Positions 22,144-34,100 of a stretch of DNA of 64,000 nt are shown one piece after another; position 1 is the stretch's first letter, and every line of letters starts with the position of its first letter. Source of the DNA: an uncultured delta proteobacterium (GTDB lineage Bacteria > Myxococcota_A > UBA9160 > UBA4427); assembly GCA_963822965.1 (NCBI GenBank), contig CAWGJT010000005.1:1600001-1664000 (forward strand), in the 5' to 3' direction. The position numbers and the translations under genes were made by a program. Below the pieces are notes generated by a model that saw only the letters and a program-made list of their open reading frames with translations, did no database searches and was not told where the DNA came from.

Positions 22144-25100
22144 TCAGCCGAGGTCGATCTCGCGCAGGCTGTAGATCGGCTCGTCGTCGTCCACCATCGC
22201 GAGGATGCGGGCCACGTAGTCGTGGTGGCTCGAATCGAGCTCGCCCCAGAGGCGTGCCCGGGGCGCGGTCAGTCCCATCAGCGTCTCGAGGGAAGCGTCG
22301 AGCCGCATGCCCGTGAGGGAGAGCGCCGGGGCGACGTCGAAGCCGCCGGGGTACAGCGTGTCGGCGCCCCGGCCGCCGGCGAGGTCGTCGCGATCCGGTC
22401 CACCCACCAGCACGTCGTCCCCGCTGCCGCCCCGCAGCTCGTCGCGACCCTCGCCGCCCTGGAGGAAGTCGTTCCCGGTGCGACCGTCGAGACGGTCGTC
22501 GCCGGCGCCGCCCGCCAGCCCGTTGGGGCGCACGTTGCCGTCGAGCCGGTCGGAGAAGCGACTCCCCGTGATGCCCTCGAACGCGTGTCCCGACGACAGG
22601 TCGACGAACAGGTCTTCGCGCCGGGACGAGCCGACCTTCTGCACGTTCTTGTCGCCGAGGTCGAAGTCGACGCTGGCGCCGAAGCCCTGGAAGTCGAGGC
22701 GGTCGTTGCCGTCGTTCGCGACGCCGCGGCTGCCGTCGGATTCGAAGAGGCGGTCGACGCCGAGGTCGAGACCCGAGAACACGTAGGTGTCGCCGCCCCC
22801 CTGCCCGTAGAGCCAGTCGTCGCCGCCGCCGCCCTCGAGACGATCCGCGCCGCCCGCACCGGCGTCCGCCACGAAGTCCACGATGCGGTCCTCGAAGCGG
22901 CGCAGGCTGCCGCCGTCTCCCAGCAGCACGTCGCTTCCGCCCGCGCCCTGGAGCACGTCGTCGCCCGCGCCCCCCAGCAGGAAGTCGGCGTCGTCGCCGC
23001 CCGTGAGGACGTCGCGGTCGAGCCCCGGGATGCCCGACCCCACGGCCCCCGCCGACAGCTCCTGCACGACGCCGCCGAAGAGGGTGACCCAGGCCTCGTC
23101 GCCCGCGAGCAGGTCCCGATCGCGGTCGCCGCCCACGAAGACCGCGTCCTTGTCGGGTCCGCCGACCACCTGCAGGCCCGCGAGCACGGGGCGGGCCAGC
23201 CGTTCGCCCGGGAGGACGCCGCCCACGCGGATCGTCGCGGCGTCGCCGCTCAGGCCGCGGAAGACGACGTAGTTGCCCGGATGCGCCGCCGCGGGGTCGC
23301 TGCTCCCGGCCTCCACGTAGACGCCCTCGAAGGTGTGGCCCGCCGGATCGGTGAGATAGAGGGTGCTCGTGCCGTCGCTGATCTGCTGCAGCACCGCCTC
23401 GTCGGCGACGCGGTCGTCGTCCAGGTAGACGTACACGTCGTAGCTCTCGTACCAGCCGGAGAGGCCGGTGAGCTCCACGACGATCGCCTCGCCCGGATCG
23501 CCGCGCAGGAAGCCGTCGAAGAGCCGCTCGTTGTCGCTGGTCGGGATCGATGGCGTCGTGGCTCTCGCCCTGCGCGCCGCCGGAGCCTCCGTCGAGACCC
23601 CAGTCGATTCCCACGCCCGTCGCCGCGCTCCCGTCGTCGAAGACCAGGGTGTCGGGCAGGCCCCGCCCGTCCTTCGCTGCGGCGGAGCCGAAGCGAAGGT
23701 CGTTCCAGCCCGAGACCTCGACGGCGCCGGCGCTGCCGCGAATCGTCGTACCTTCGCGGCCCGCGCCGAAGGTGAAGCTCAGGACGCGTACGTCGCCGTT
23801 GTCGATCGCCGTCGCGCCCGTGTCGATCCGATCGCTGCCGGCGCCGCCGATCGCCAGGTCCTCGCCGTTGCCGGTCCGGATGACGTCGGATCCCGCCGGC
23901 CGGTCGTCCAGGGTGCGGACCTCGCGCAGCTCGCCGGCCATCCACGTCAGACGACCCGCATCGCCCAGCACGACGTCGGCGTCCGAGGCGCCCGCGGCGC
24001 CGTTCCCGTCGGTGACGATGAGATCGTTCGCCGCCGCCGCCCAGGACGAGATCGGCGCCGCCGCCGGTCTGGATGAGAGTCGTCGCCGTCGCGCGCGCCG
24101 AAGAGGCTCTCGATACGGTCGATGGGCCGGTGGTGCCCACGATCTGGATCCCCGAGAGCGCGGCGCCGTCGCGGCCGTTGCCCTCGATGCGCACCGAGGC
24201 GACGTCGCCCGAGACTCCCCGGAAGACCACGTAGTTGCCGGGGGCGCGCCGGCCGCGGTCGTCGCCGTCGCCTCGACGTACGTGCCCGTGAACGTGTTGC
24301 CGCGGGCGTCGTCCAGGTAGAAGGTGGCGTCGCCCAGACTCACGCCCTGGACGGAGGTGCCGGGACCCGTGCGGGAGTCGGCCGCGTCGAGATACACATA
24401 GACGTCGTAGCTGTCGTACCAGGCCGAGAGACCCGAGACGTCCACCCCCAGAGCCTGGCGGGCGTTGCCCTGGAGATAGCCCTCGAAGAGGCGCCGGTCG
24501 TCGCCGGGCGTCTCGCTGGCGTCGATGTCCTCCTGCAGGCGGACGCCGGCTTTCGCGCCGCTGCCGTCCAGGTCGACCCCCCACCGCACGACGCACCCCC
24601 GAGGCGAGACGACCGTCGTCGAAGCGGACGACCTCGGAGGCCTGGTCGCCGAACACGCCCCGCCCGGCGGCGGTGACGTCGATCCAGCCGTCCGCCTCGG
24701 CGCCCGGGCGCGCCGACCACGCCCTCCACCCGGGCGGACGGGCTGCGGCCGCCGAACGAGAACCCGAGGGTCGAGCTCTCCTCCCCCGGCGCGAAGGTCT
24801 CGTGGCCGCCGAAGGTGAGCCGCGCGTCGTCGCCGATGACGATCTCCTTCCCGCGAGCTCCACGTCGACGCGGTGTCGATGGCGTCGCTCGCCCGGCCCG
24901 CCGATCACGAGGTCGGCCCCGGGGCCGCCCACGATCACGTCGTCCCGCAGCGTGTCCGCCCGGCCGAGCTCGAGGCTGCGGACGAAGCGCACGTCGTGGA
25001 CGCCGCCGTCGGTCTGGTTCGAGGGAACCCCGGTGACGAGGAACTGGCTGCTGGCGTCGGGGATCACGTCCCACGGCTCGGTCACCGTGATGACCCCGCC

Positions 25101-28100
25101 GGTGTTGGAGGCGATGGTGCGCGTCTGCGGGAAGCCCGTGCCCGCCGTGATGCGCACCACGAGGCCGACCAGGCCGCCGTCTTCCACGGGCAGCGCGCCG
25201 AGACCGTCGGTGATCTCGCCCACCACCAGGGTCGTGGCCGTCGATCCGGCACCCGCGATTCCCCGCCGGTCGTCGGGCCGATATCCCAGGCGCGTCACCA
25301 GGCGACCGTTCTCGTCGAAGAAGTCCACCTGCCCGTGGTCGCCGAACAGGATGTCGTCGGCGCTGCCGCCGAGCAGCATGTCGGCGCCGTCGCCGCCGAA
25401 GACGACCAGGGGAAGCTCCGGAGCCCGTGGCGTCGACCCGGTCGTCGTCGCGCTCCACGCCGGGGCGCGTGACGACGCCGCCCACGTCCAGGGAGAAGAA
25501 GCCGTCCCCCTGGCGGATGATCTCGTAGCGGCTGGTGGCGTCCGGCAGCACGTCCCAGGGCGCGGTCACCCGCAGCTCGTCTTCGCTGTTCGTTCCGATC
25601 ACGCGGGTCTGGACGAGCGGATCGCCGCCGTCGGTCGACGGGGTCGTCACGCGCACCAGGAAGCCCGCGAGGCCCGTGCCGTCGGTGTCGAAGGGCGCCG
25701 CGGCGTCGAGGAGCGTGCGCAACGAGCTCGACGTCACCGCCCCCGAAGCAACCGTCTCGCCGCCGGCGGCCAGGTTCACGGTGACGTCGTCGTTGCCCAG
25801 ACCGGTGTAGACGAGTGTGACCGCCCGGAAGCGTTCGTCCTCTTCGGTGGTGGGATCGTCGCGCCGCGTCTGGGTCGCCTCCACCTGCAGGGTGTCGTCC
25901 CCCGACCCGAGGTAGACGGTGGTGTTCTCGAGGTCGAGGGTGCTGATGCCGCCGGAGATCACCGTGCCCCGCTGTACCAGGTCGGGGCCCGTTCCGAGGC
26001 CCTGGATGCGATACACCTCGGCGAGACGACCCTCTCCGGTGAACTCGTAGGTCCGGTCCATGCGGCCCCGGTCGTCGGCGACGCTCTCCTGGTTGAAGAC
26101 CAGCAGCAGGTCGATGCGCGTGGCCTCGTCCACCAGCAGGTTGGGATTCGTCATGGAGACCGCGTACTCGAGGCTCGGATCGGCGCCGACGTCCGGCACG
26201 AACGCCCATGCCTCGTCGACGAAGAGGAGCACGCTGCCGTCGCCCAGCTCCTCGAAGGCCGTCACCAGACGCACCTGCCCGATGGCCTCGCCCTCGCGGC
26301 CCCGGGTGATCTCCAGGGTCGCGGTGCTCAGGGCCTCCGGGCCGAGCGCCGCCAGCGCGGCGGCGTCCACGCGCAGGGTGCGACTCGGGTCGAGGACCCG
26401 GGAGGGATCCGCCGGGTCTTCGAGGGCGAGCACGGCCCCCGTCGAGTCCTTCAGGTTCGTCTCGCCGGGAAGCCGCAGGGGGTCGAGGTCGAGACCGGCC
26501 GTCGAGCCGGATCCGCCTTCGCCCTCGATCCGCAGCGGGCCCTTGATCTTGTTGATGATGTTCGCGATGGGCGCGAACTCCTTGGTGTCGCCGCCGTCGA
26601 TCTGGTGGTCGTCGACGGCCTGCACGCGAACCACCTGGGGCGTCGCCCAGTCGAGCGGGGTGAAGCGCAGTACCAGGCTGCCGTCGGCGCCGGGAGTGGC
26701 GCCGGCCGCGTCCGTCTCCAGGGAGACCTGCACGTTGGCGCGGAACGTGGTGCCCGTGACCTGCACGCCCGCGACCGGCCCCTCGTCGACCAGGCCGTCT
26801 CCGACGATCGTGAGCCGGCGCCCGTCGTCGGACAGGCCGGCGATCTCGTAGGTCGCCCCCGCCGCCGTGTCGTTGCTGCCGGTGCCCAGGACGGTGACGG
26901 TGTCCCCCACCCGGAAGCCGTCGGCCAGCCAGTCGCCGTCGCTGCGGACGATCGCGTCTCCGTTCTCGAAGCGCAGGCTCGCGTTGCCCGAGATCGCCGC
27001 GAAGGCGTTCTGCGGGTGCACGATCACGTCGCCGCGGGTGGTGCGGGTGCCCTGGGGGCTGAGCGTGACGAACACGTCCTCGTCGGGCTGGCGGGTCAGC
27101 ACCACCGTGTAGCTGTCGCCGGTTCCGTCCCGGACGTCGTTCTCGCTCACGTCGGTGGAGCCGCCGCTCTCCTCGACGAGCACGCCGGGGATCTCGTCGT
27201 CCCCGATGTCCACGGCCAGGCGGTCCGCGTCGATCGGTCGCGGCGCCGCACCCGGCACCGGCACCTGGTAGGCGGTGCCGCCGCCGCTCACCGTGTGCGT
27301 GATGAAGCCCGTGTGGAAGCCCTCCCGCACCGCGTCGTCGATCGCCACGACGGCGATGGTCCGCGGGCGGAACCAGTCGTCGGCGGTGAACGTGATCTCG
27401 GGCAGGGTGTTCTGGAAGTCGGGCAGCACGAAGAGCTGCGCGGTGTCGTCGCCGTCGGTGAGAACGCTGCCGGGGGCGAGGGTGAGGGTGTCCGCGGTGA
27501 CCGCGGCCACCCCGTAGGTCCCGTCGTTGGCGGTGCTGCCGGCGACCACGACGACCTGACCGGGCGCGAAGCCGTCCAGCAGGAAGGAGCCCCCGCTGCC
27601 CGCGTCGTCCCGAACGATCTGGGGCGCGCCGTCGGTGAAGAAGGAGAGGGTAGGCGCACCGCGCAGGAGCGTGATGGGGGCGAAGCGCAGCTGGTCGGGC
27701 GTTCCCGGAGAGGTGATCTCGTCGAGGGTCACGGTGACGTCCGAGTCCGGCGCCGTGGACAGGAACACCTCGTAGGTGTCGATGGCGAAGCCCAGGCTCG
27801 TGAAGGGCGCGCCCTCGAAGACGGTGGTGCCCTCGCCGGATTCCTGCAGGATCACCGATCCCCGCTCGTCGTCCTCGATGCGGACGGGCACCACGGGGAC
27901 CGCCAGCTTGTCGTAGCGCCGGATCTCGAAGCGGGTGTCGGCGGTGATGTCGCCGCGGAAGGCCTTCCGCACGGTGATCGTGCTCTCGGTGTTCGAGAGG
28001 ATCTGCATCTCCTGGCCGACCCCGCTGCCGCGGATCAGGCGGAGGGTGGCGCCCTTGAGACCCTCGCCGGCGGTGGGCAGGGCCACGTCCACCGAGAAGG

Positions 28101-31100
28101 TGTAGACGTCCACGTCGTCCTGCAGGAAGAGCCGCGGGAGCGTGGAGGTGGAAATCACCTGCACGCTCACCGCGACCCCCGCCTCGGGAGCCGCCGAGGG
28201 GCTCAGGGAGTCGCCGGCGGAGAGGGTGAGGAGGGCGTCCTCGATGGCCGCGATCGTGTAGACCCCGTCGTCGTCCGCGGAGCCCGACACCCGGATCGAC
28301 TGGCCGACCTCGAAGCCGTCCAGGACCCAGCTTCCCTGGGATCGTGCGATGGTGTCGGCGTTGCCGGCGTCGGAGAAGACGAGCTCCGCCGGCCCCCGCA
28401 GCAGTGGGGCGGCCACGCTGATCGTCACGTTTCCCGTCACACGCGGGCGCCTCGAACATCAGCACCGAGTCCGGCGCCAGCTGCAGCACCGTGTCCGTCA
28501 CGTGCTCGACCAGGAACGTGCGGCTGTTGGCCGGCGAGCCGAACACCTCGATGCGCTGGCCGTCTCGGAACCCGTCCTCGAGCCAGCTGCCTCCGCTGCG
28601 GCTGATCTCGTCCGGCCCCTCGTCGGTGGGCTGGAAGCGGATCGTCGCCCGGACCGACACGCTGCTGTCCGTCGCGCTCGCGCCCACGTCGCGCCTCAGG
28701 GTGGGCGACGACACGGCCACGACCACGCCCTCGGCGCCCGCTTCCGGGGCCAACGCGTCCTCGTCCGCGAGCACCAGGGTCAGTCCGTCGGCCGAGACCG
28801 CGCCGACCCGGTAGTGGCCGTCGTTGGACGCGGAGCCCGAGACCACGATGAAGTCGCCGGCCGCGAAGCCGTCCTCCTGCCAGGTGCCGCTGGCCGCGTC
28901 GCGCGTGATGCCGGCGTTCGCGATCCCCGGACCGGCCACGAAGTCGAGCCTGCGGCGCCACGAGCACGGGACCGTCGGTCACGGATGCCGGTGATCGTCT
29001 CCTCGGCCTCCACCTTGTGGAGGATCGTCCCGAAGTGCTGCCCCTCCACCAGGTCGTCGTCTGCGGCCATGAAGCGCACGGTCTGCGGGATGTCCCAGTT
29101 CGTCTCGTCGAACGTGAGCATCGCGCCCGCCGGCTCGATCACCTGCGCGGCCTCCCCGGGCTCGGGCGGCAGGAACCGGATCTGGGGCACCAGGACGATC
29201 TCGCCCCGCTCGTCGCGCACGCCGCGCGTGGGGGAGACCGCGGTGATGCGCACGACGACCCGTCGGCGCCCGGGTGAGCACGACCGTGTAGCTGTCCATC
29301 AGCAGCCCGGCGGCGGCCAGGGCGTCGAAGTCGACTCCCACCGTGCCGTCGTGCTCGATCACCCGCGAGCCGCCGTCGCTCACGCGGATCGCGACGGCGG
29401 GCTCGTCGTTGTCCACCACGTTGGCCGAGATGCCGTCGATGGGAATGCCCTGGTAGGCGGGATCCACGCTCTCGACGCTGTGGGTGACGATGCCGCTGTG
29501 GCCGAGCAGGTCGTTGCTGATGACCGGCGGCGTGTCGCCCGCCACGTTGAAGGTGTCGTTCCCGAGCCCGCCGCTGATCACCGTGAGCACGTTCTCGTTG
29601 GTGCTCTGCACGAAGAAGCGGTCGTCGCCCTCGGCGCCGTCGACCCGCAGCACCTCGACGCCCACGAAGCGCACGGAGAGTCCGGCTCCGTAGATGCCGC
29701 TCTCGGTGACCACGAAGTCGTCGGAGAACTCGGTTCCGATCACGGTCACGGTATCCAGGCCGTCGCCGCCGTCGATGTTGACCGGTGCGTTCACCACGTA
29801 CTGGACGAAGTCCGCGCCCCCGTTGCCCGCGATGTCGGTCCGCTCGCGCTGGTCTTCCTGCTCGACCGAGCCGTCGAGCGCGAAGGCGCGAACGGTGAAG
29901 AAGTCGTCGTCGTCGCCGCCGTTCAGGCTGAGAACCGCCCGGTTGTGGAAGACCGTGAAGGTGTCCTCGCCCTCGTCGCCGTAGATCGTGGTGGGCTCGG
30001 AGATTCCGTTGCTCAGGATAGCCCCGGGTGGTGAGGATCGTCGAGAGCTGGTCGAGCGCCGCGATGCCGCTCACGTCGCCAATGCCGTCGCTGCCCGGCA
30101 CCACCTCGCCGCCCGGGAGGGTGGTCTCCACGTCGGGCACCGAGCTGCGCTCCGACTTGAAGAGCTGGCCGATCTGGAACGTGTCGGCGCCGAAGCCGCC
30201 GAAGATCTCCATGGTGGCGAGGTTGTCGTCGAGGGCGAAGACGTCGTCGCCGTCCCGCGCGAAGACCAGGAACGATTCGAGGTCGTCGCGGTAGTCGAGA
30301 CGCTCGACGCGGTTGGCGGGGATGTCGTTGATGAGCGCCACGAAGGCGCGGGTCGGGTCGGAAGCGCTGGCGCGGAAGAGGAAGCGGTCCACCTCGTTGG
30401 TGCCGTCGAGGATCAGCTGGTCGATGCCCGAGACGCCGCCGTCCCGGACGTCGACGACGCGGGTGGCCATGCCGCCCTGGAAGGGCACCACGTAGAGGTC
30501 GCCGTCCTCACCGCCCACGAGCACGTCGTCGCCCATCTTCGAGCGCAGGGTGTCCCGCCCGGCGTCGCCTTCGAGGCGATCGGCTCCGGCGCCGCCTTCG
30601 AGCTCGTCCGCGCCCGCGCCGCCGTGGAGCGTGTCGGCGTCGGCGTCTCCCTGGAGGCGGTCGTCCCCGGCGTCTCCGAAGAGCGCGTCGGCGCCCCGGC
30701 CGCCGTAGAGGCGATCCGTCTTCTCCGCCGCCGTGGAGCACGTCCGCGCCGTCGCCGCCCAGGACGAGGTCCCGCCCGTCGGCTCCCGTGTCGCCCGCGT
30801 CCGAGTCCGCGACCCGGACCGTCGCGCCCTGCTCCGGGGGCGCCGGCGCGAAGACCGCGTCCGGAACCAGCTCGAGGCGCAGCCCGTCCTCGGAGATGGC
30901 CGCGATCGTGCGCGTGCCGTCGTTCTCGCCGGCGTTCCCGAAGTCGATCCGGAGCCCGGGCGCGAAGCCGTCCTCCAGGAAGCTCCCGAAGCTTCGCTCC
31001 ACGCTGGACGCCTGGACGACGACGTCCGACGCGCCGAGCTCGCGGGTGAGGCGGTCCAGACGCTCGAGGGTCATCACCGCACCGTCGAGGGCCGCGATCG

Positions 31101-34100
31101 TGTAGTCGCCGTCGTTGCCGGCGGACGCGGAGACGCGTACGCGCTGCCCCACCGCGAAGCCGTCGTCGCTCCACTGGCCCGTCTCCCGGGTGAGGGTGTC
31201 GCGGTCGCTTCCGTTGTCGTGGAAGTCGACGCCTCCCGCGTAGCTCGCCTGCTCGAACACGAGCTCCGGAATCACGGAGAGCGAGAGCCCGGCGTTCGAG
31301 ATCTCCGGCTCGAGGTCGCGGTCCAGGGTCAGGTGCCGGTCGTTCACCTCGAGCACCCGGTACGTGCCGTCGTTCGCCGCCAGACCCGCACCGGCCACGC
31401 GAACGAGCTGTCCCGTCCGGAAGCCGTCTTCCAGCCAGCTGCCGTCGCGCCGCGTGAGCTGGTCGGCCTGGCCCAGCACGCGTTGGAGGTTCTGCGCGTC
31501 GCCCTCGCCGAAACCGATGTCGATCGAGCCTTCGAGCAGCACCGTCTCGGCGTCCTGGTAGGCGGGGCGTCCGCCGGCGATGAAGTCGCCGTCGAGGCCG
31601 CCCACCAGCAGGTCGTCGCCGGCGCCGCCGAAGATCTCGTCGAATCCCGCCTCGCCGAAGATCGCGTCCGCGTCCGCGCCGCCGTCGACGCGGTCGTCGC
31701 CCTTGCCGCCGTAGACGAGGTCCACGCCCGCGTTCCCGAAGATCACGTCGTGGCCGCCCGCGAGGCCGCGGTCCGTGTCCTGGATGCGACGCGAGCCGGT
31801 GAGCGTGACCCCGTCCGCGACCTCGTCCGCCAGCTCGTCGGTGTCGGCCAGGACCAGGCTCGTTCCGTCCTCGGAGACCTCCGCCACCCGGTACAGGCCG
31901 TCGTTGCCCGCCGAGCCCGCGATGCGCAGCACCCGGCCGGCCTCGAAGTACACCGGCTCCACCGTCTCGACGCTCACGACGTCGAGGGCCGGGTCCACGA
32001 TCTCCGGCTCGAAGACCAGGGTCCCCCCGCGCACGGCGTCGCGCAGCTGGAGCGTCGCGTCGCTCGCCGAGACCACCTCGTAGAGGCCGTCGTTGTGGGC
32101 GCTGCCCGTCGATCTCGACCGTCTGGCCGGCAGTGAAGCCGTCGGCCAGGAAGGAGCCGCCCTGGGCGAGGTCGTCCCGGGCTCAGGGTGTCCCCCGCGA
32201 AGACGAGCCCCGGCGCGCCGGAAAGGCGGAAGATCTCCGGCGCGAAGCGCCCGCCGTCGGTGCGCACGATGCGATCGGGCCCGTCGACCTCGTGCACGAA
32301 GGTGAGCCCCGCGCTGCCGGCGAGCACGGGCGCGTCGAGGGCGACGATGCCCGCGTCTCCGACCAGCAGGTCGTCGCCCTCGCCGCCTTCGATGCGGTCG
32401 TCCCCGCCGCCGCCGAAGACCAGATCCGCGCCGCCGTCGCCGAAGACGACGTCGTCGCCGTCGCCGCTGCCGGCCTGGGCGCGCCACAGATCGATGGTGC
32501 CGTCGTCGTCGCTGTCCTCGATCTTGCCCAGGTCGCCGAAGATCGTGTCCGCACCGCCGCCGCCGTGGATCTCGTCGTTGCCGGCGCCGCCGAAGATGCG
32601 GTCGTCACCCCCGCCGCCGAAGATCACGTCGTCACCGTCGCCGCCGACGATCTTCGCCCGGCCCAGGGCCGAGTCGTCGAGCAGGATACGGTCGTTGCCC
32701 GAGCCGCCGTCGAGATCGAACTCGAGGCCCGCGTCCGCGTCGACGCCGCGCAGGTCGATGGAGTCGTTGCCGTCCCCGCCCACCCAGATGATGCGATCGA
32801 AGGTTCCCTCGTAGGTCTGGGTGACGGTGTGGCCCTCGAGGGTGCTCGTCACGTCCAGTCGGTTGCGGTTGCCGGTCACGACGACGCTCTCGGCCCCGTC
32901 GCGCAGGTCGCCGTTCAGGCGCTGGCCGGCGAACTGGCCGAAGTTGAGCTGGAGCACGTCGCTGTTCGATTCGATCACGGTCGCGAGCTTGGGCGGCCGG
33001 AAGAACTCCGTCTGGAACTCGAGCAGGGTGATCGGCGGAGTGATCGGGAACTCGTACTCGAGCTTCACGAAGAGCAGGTTGATCTCGAGGAACGCGAAGA
33101 GGCGCGCCGAGAGCTCGCCCGAGATGTCGAAGATCGCCAGCGGCGCGAGCACGGGCGTGCCGTACTTGATCTCGTTCTCGAAGTTGCCGAGCAGCTCGCC
33201 CACGCGGACGCGACCGTCGTGGTCCGGGTCGAAGAGGTCGAAGTCGATCTGCAGGTCGAGCCCGCCGCCGACCCCCGCCCGGGCGATACCCAGGTTGAGC
33301 TCGACGGTGGCCGTGAGGCCCCCCGTGAGCACGAGCTCCGGTGCGTCGGCGCCGGAAGCGTCGAGGTCGTTCACGAAGAAGCCGTCGAAGATGAGCTGTG
33401 GATTGCGGAAGCCGCCGTCCGCGAACTCCGAGATGCCCTTGGTGTCGAAGCCGATGCCGTGGAAGTCGATCAGTGCGCCGAAGCTCGCACCGATGCCGAC
33501 GCCCAGCGGCGGATAGATCGGGAAGAACGTGTGGAACGAGAACTCGAACTCCAGCGGCGGGATCGCGTACTCGACGAGGGTCGCCGGATCGCCCATCAGC
33601 AGGGCGAAGGCCTGGGAGGGGTCGGTCAGGATCGGGAACGAGAGACTCTCGCTGTCGCGCAGTCGCTGGACGAATCCGCCGGTCTCCCCCGGCAGATCGT
33701 CGATCTGCTGGTTCGTGTCGCGCATCATGCCCGCGTTGGCGGTCATGATCTCGCTCTGGGACATGCCCGCGGCGAGCCCCATCGTGGGCTCGACGATGAA
33801 GAGATCGCCCATCACGATCTCGAGGCTCGCGTCCGGGTCCGTCGGGATCCCGTTGACCAGGGTGATGAGGTCGGCGATCGCGAAGAGCAGGTCCGGGTTG
33901 ATGTGGCCGAAGATGCCGGCGAGATCGAGCAGGGTGACCGGCGGACCGAGGTCCGAGAGCACGGGCAGCGGGGCGGTCAGCACGTCGATGATCGGCTGGA
34001 TGGGCCCGGTGATGTCCTGCACCTTCGACAGGACCGGCGTCACGAAGTCGCTGATGAACGAGCCGAGATCGAGACGCACGTTGCGGAAGGAGACCTCCCG

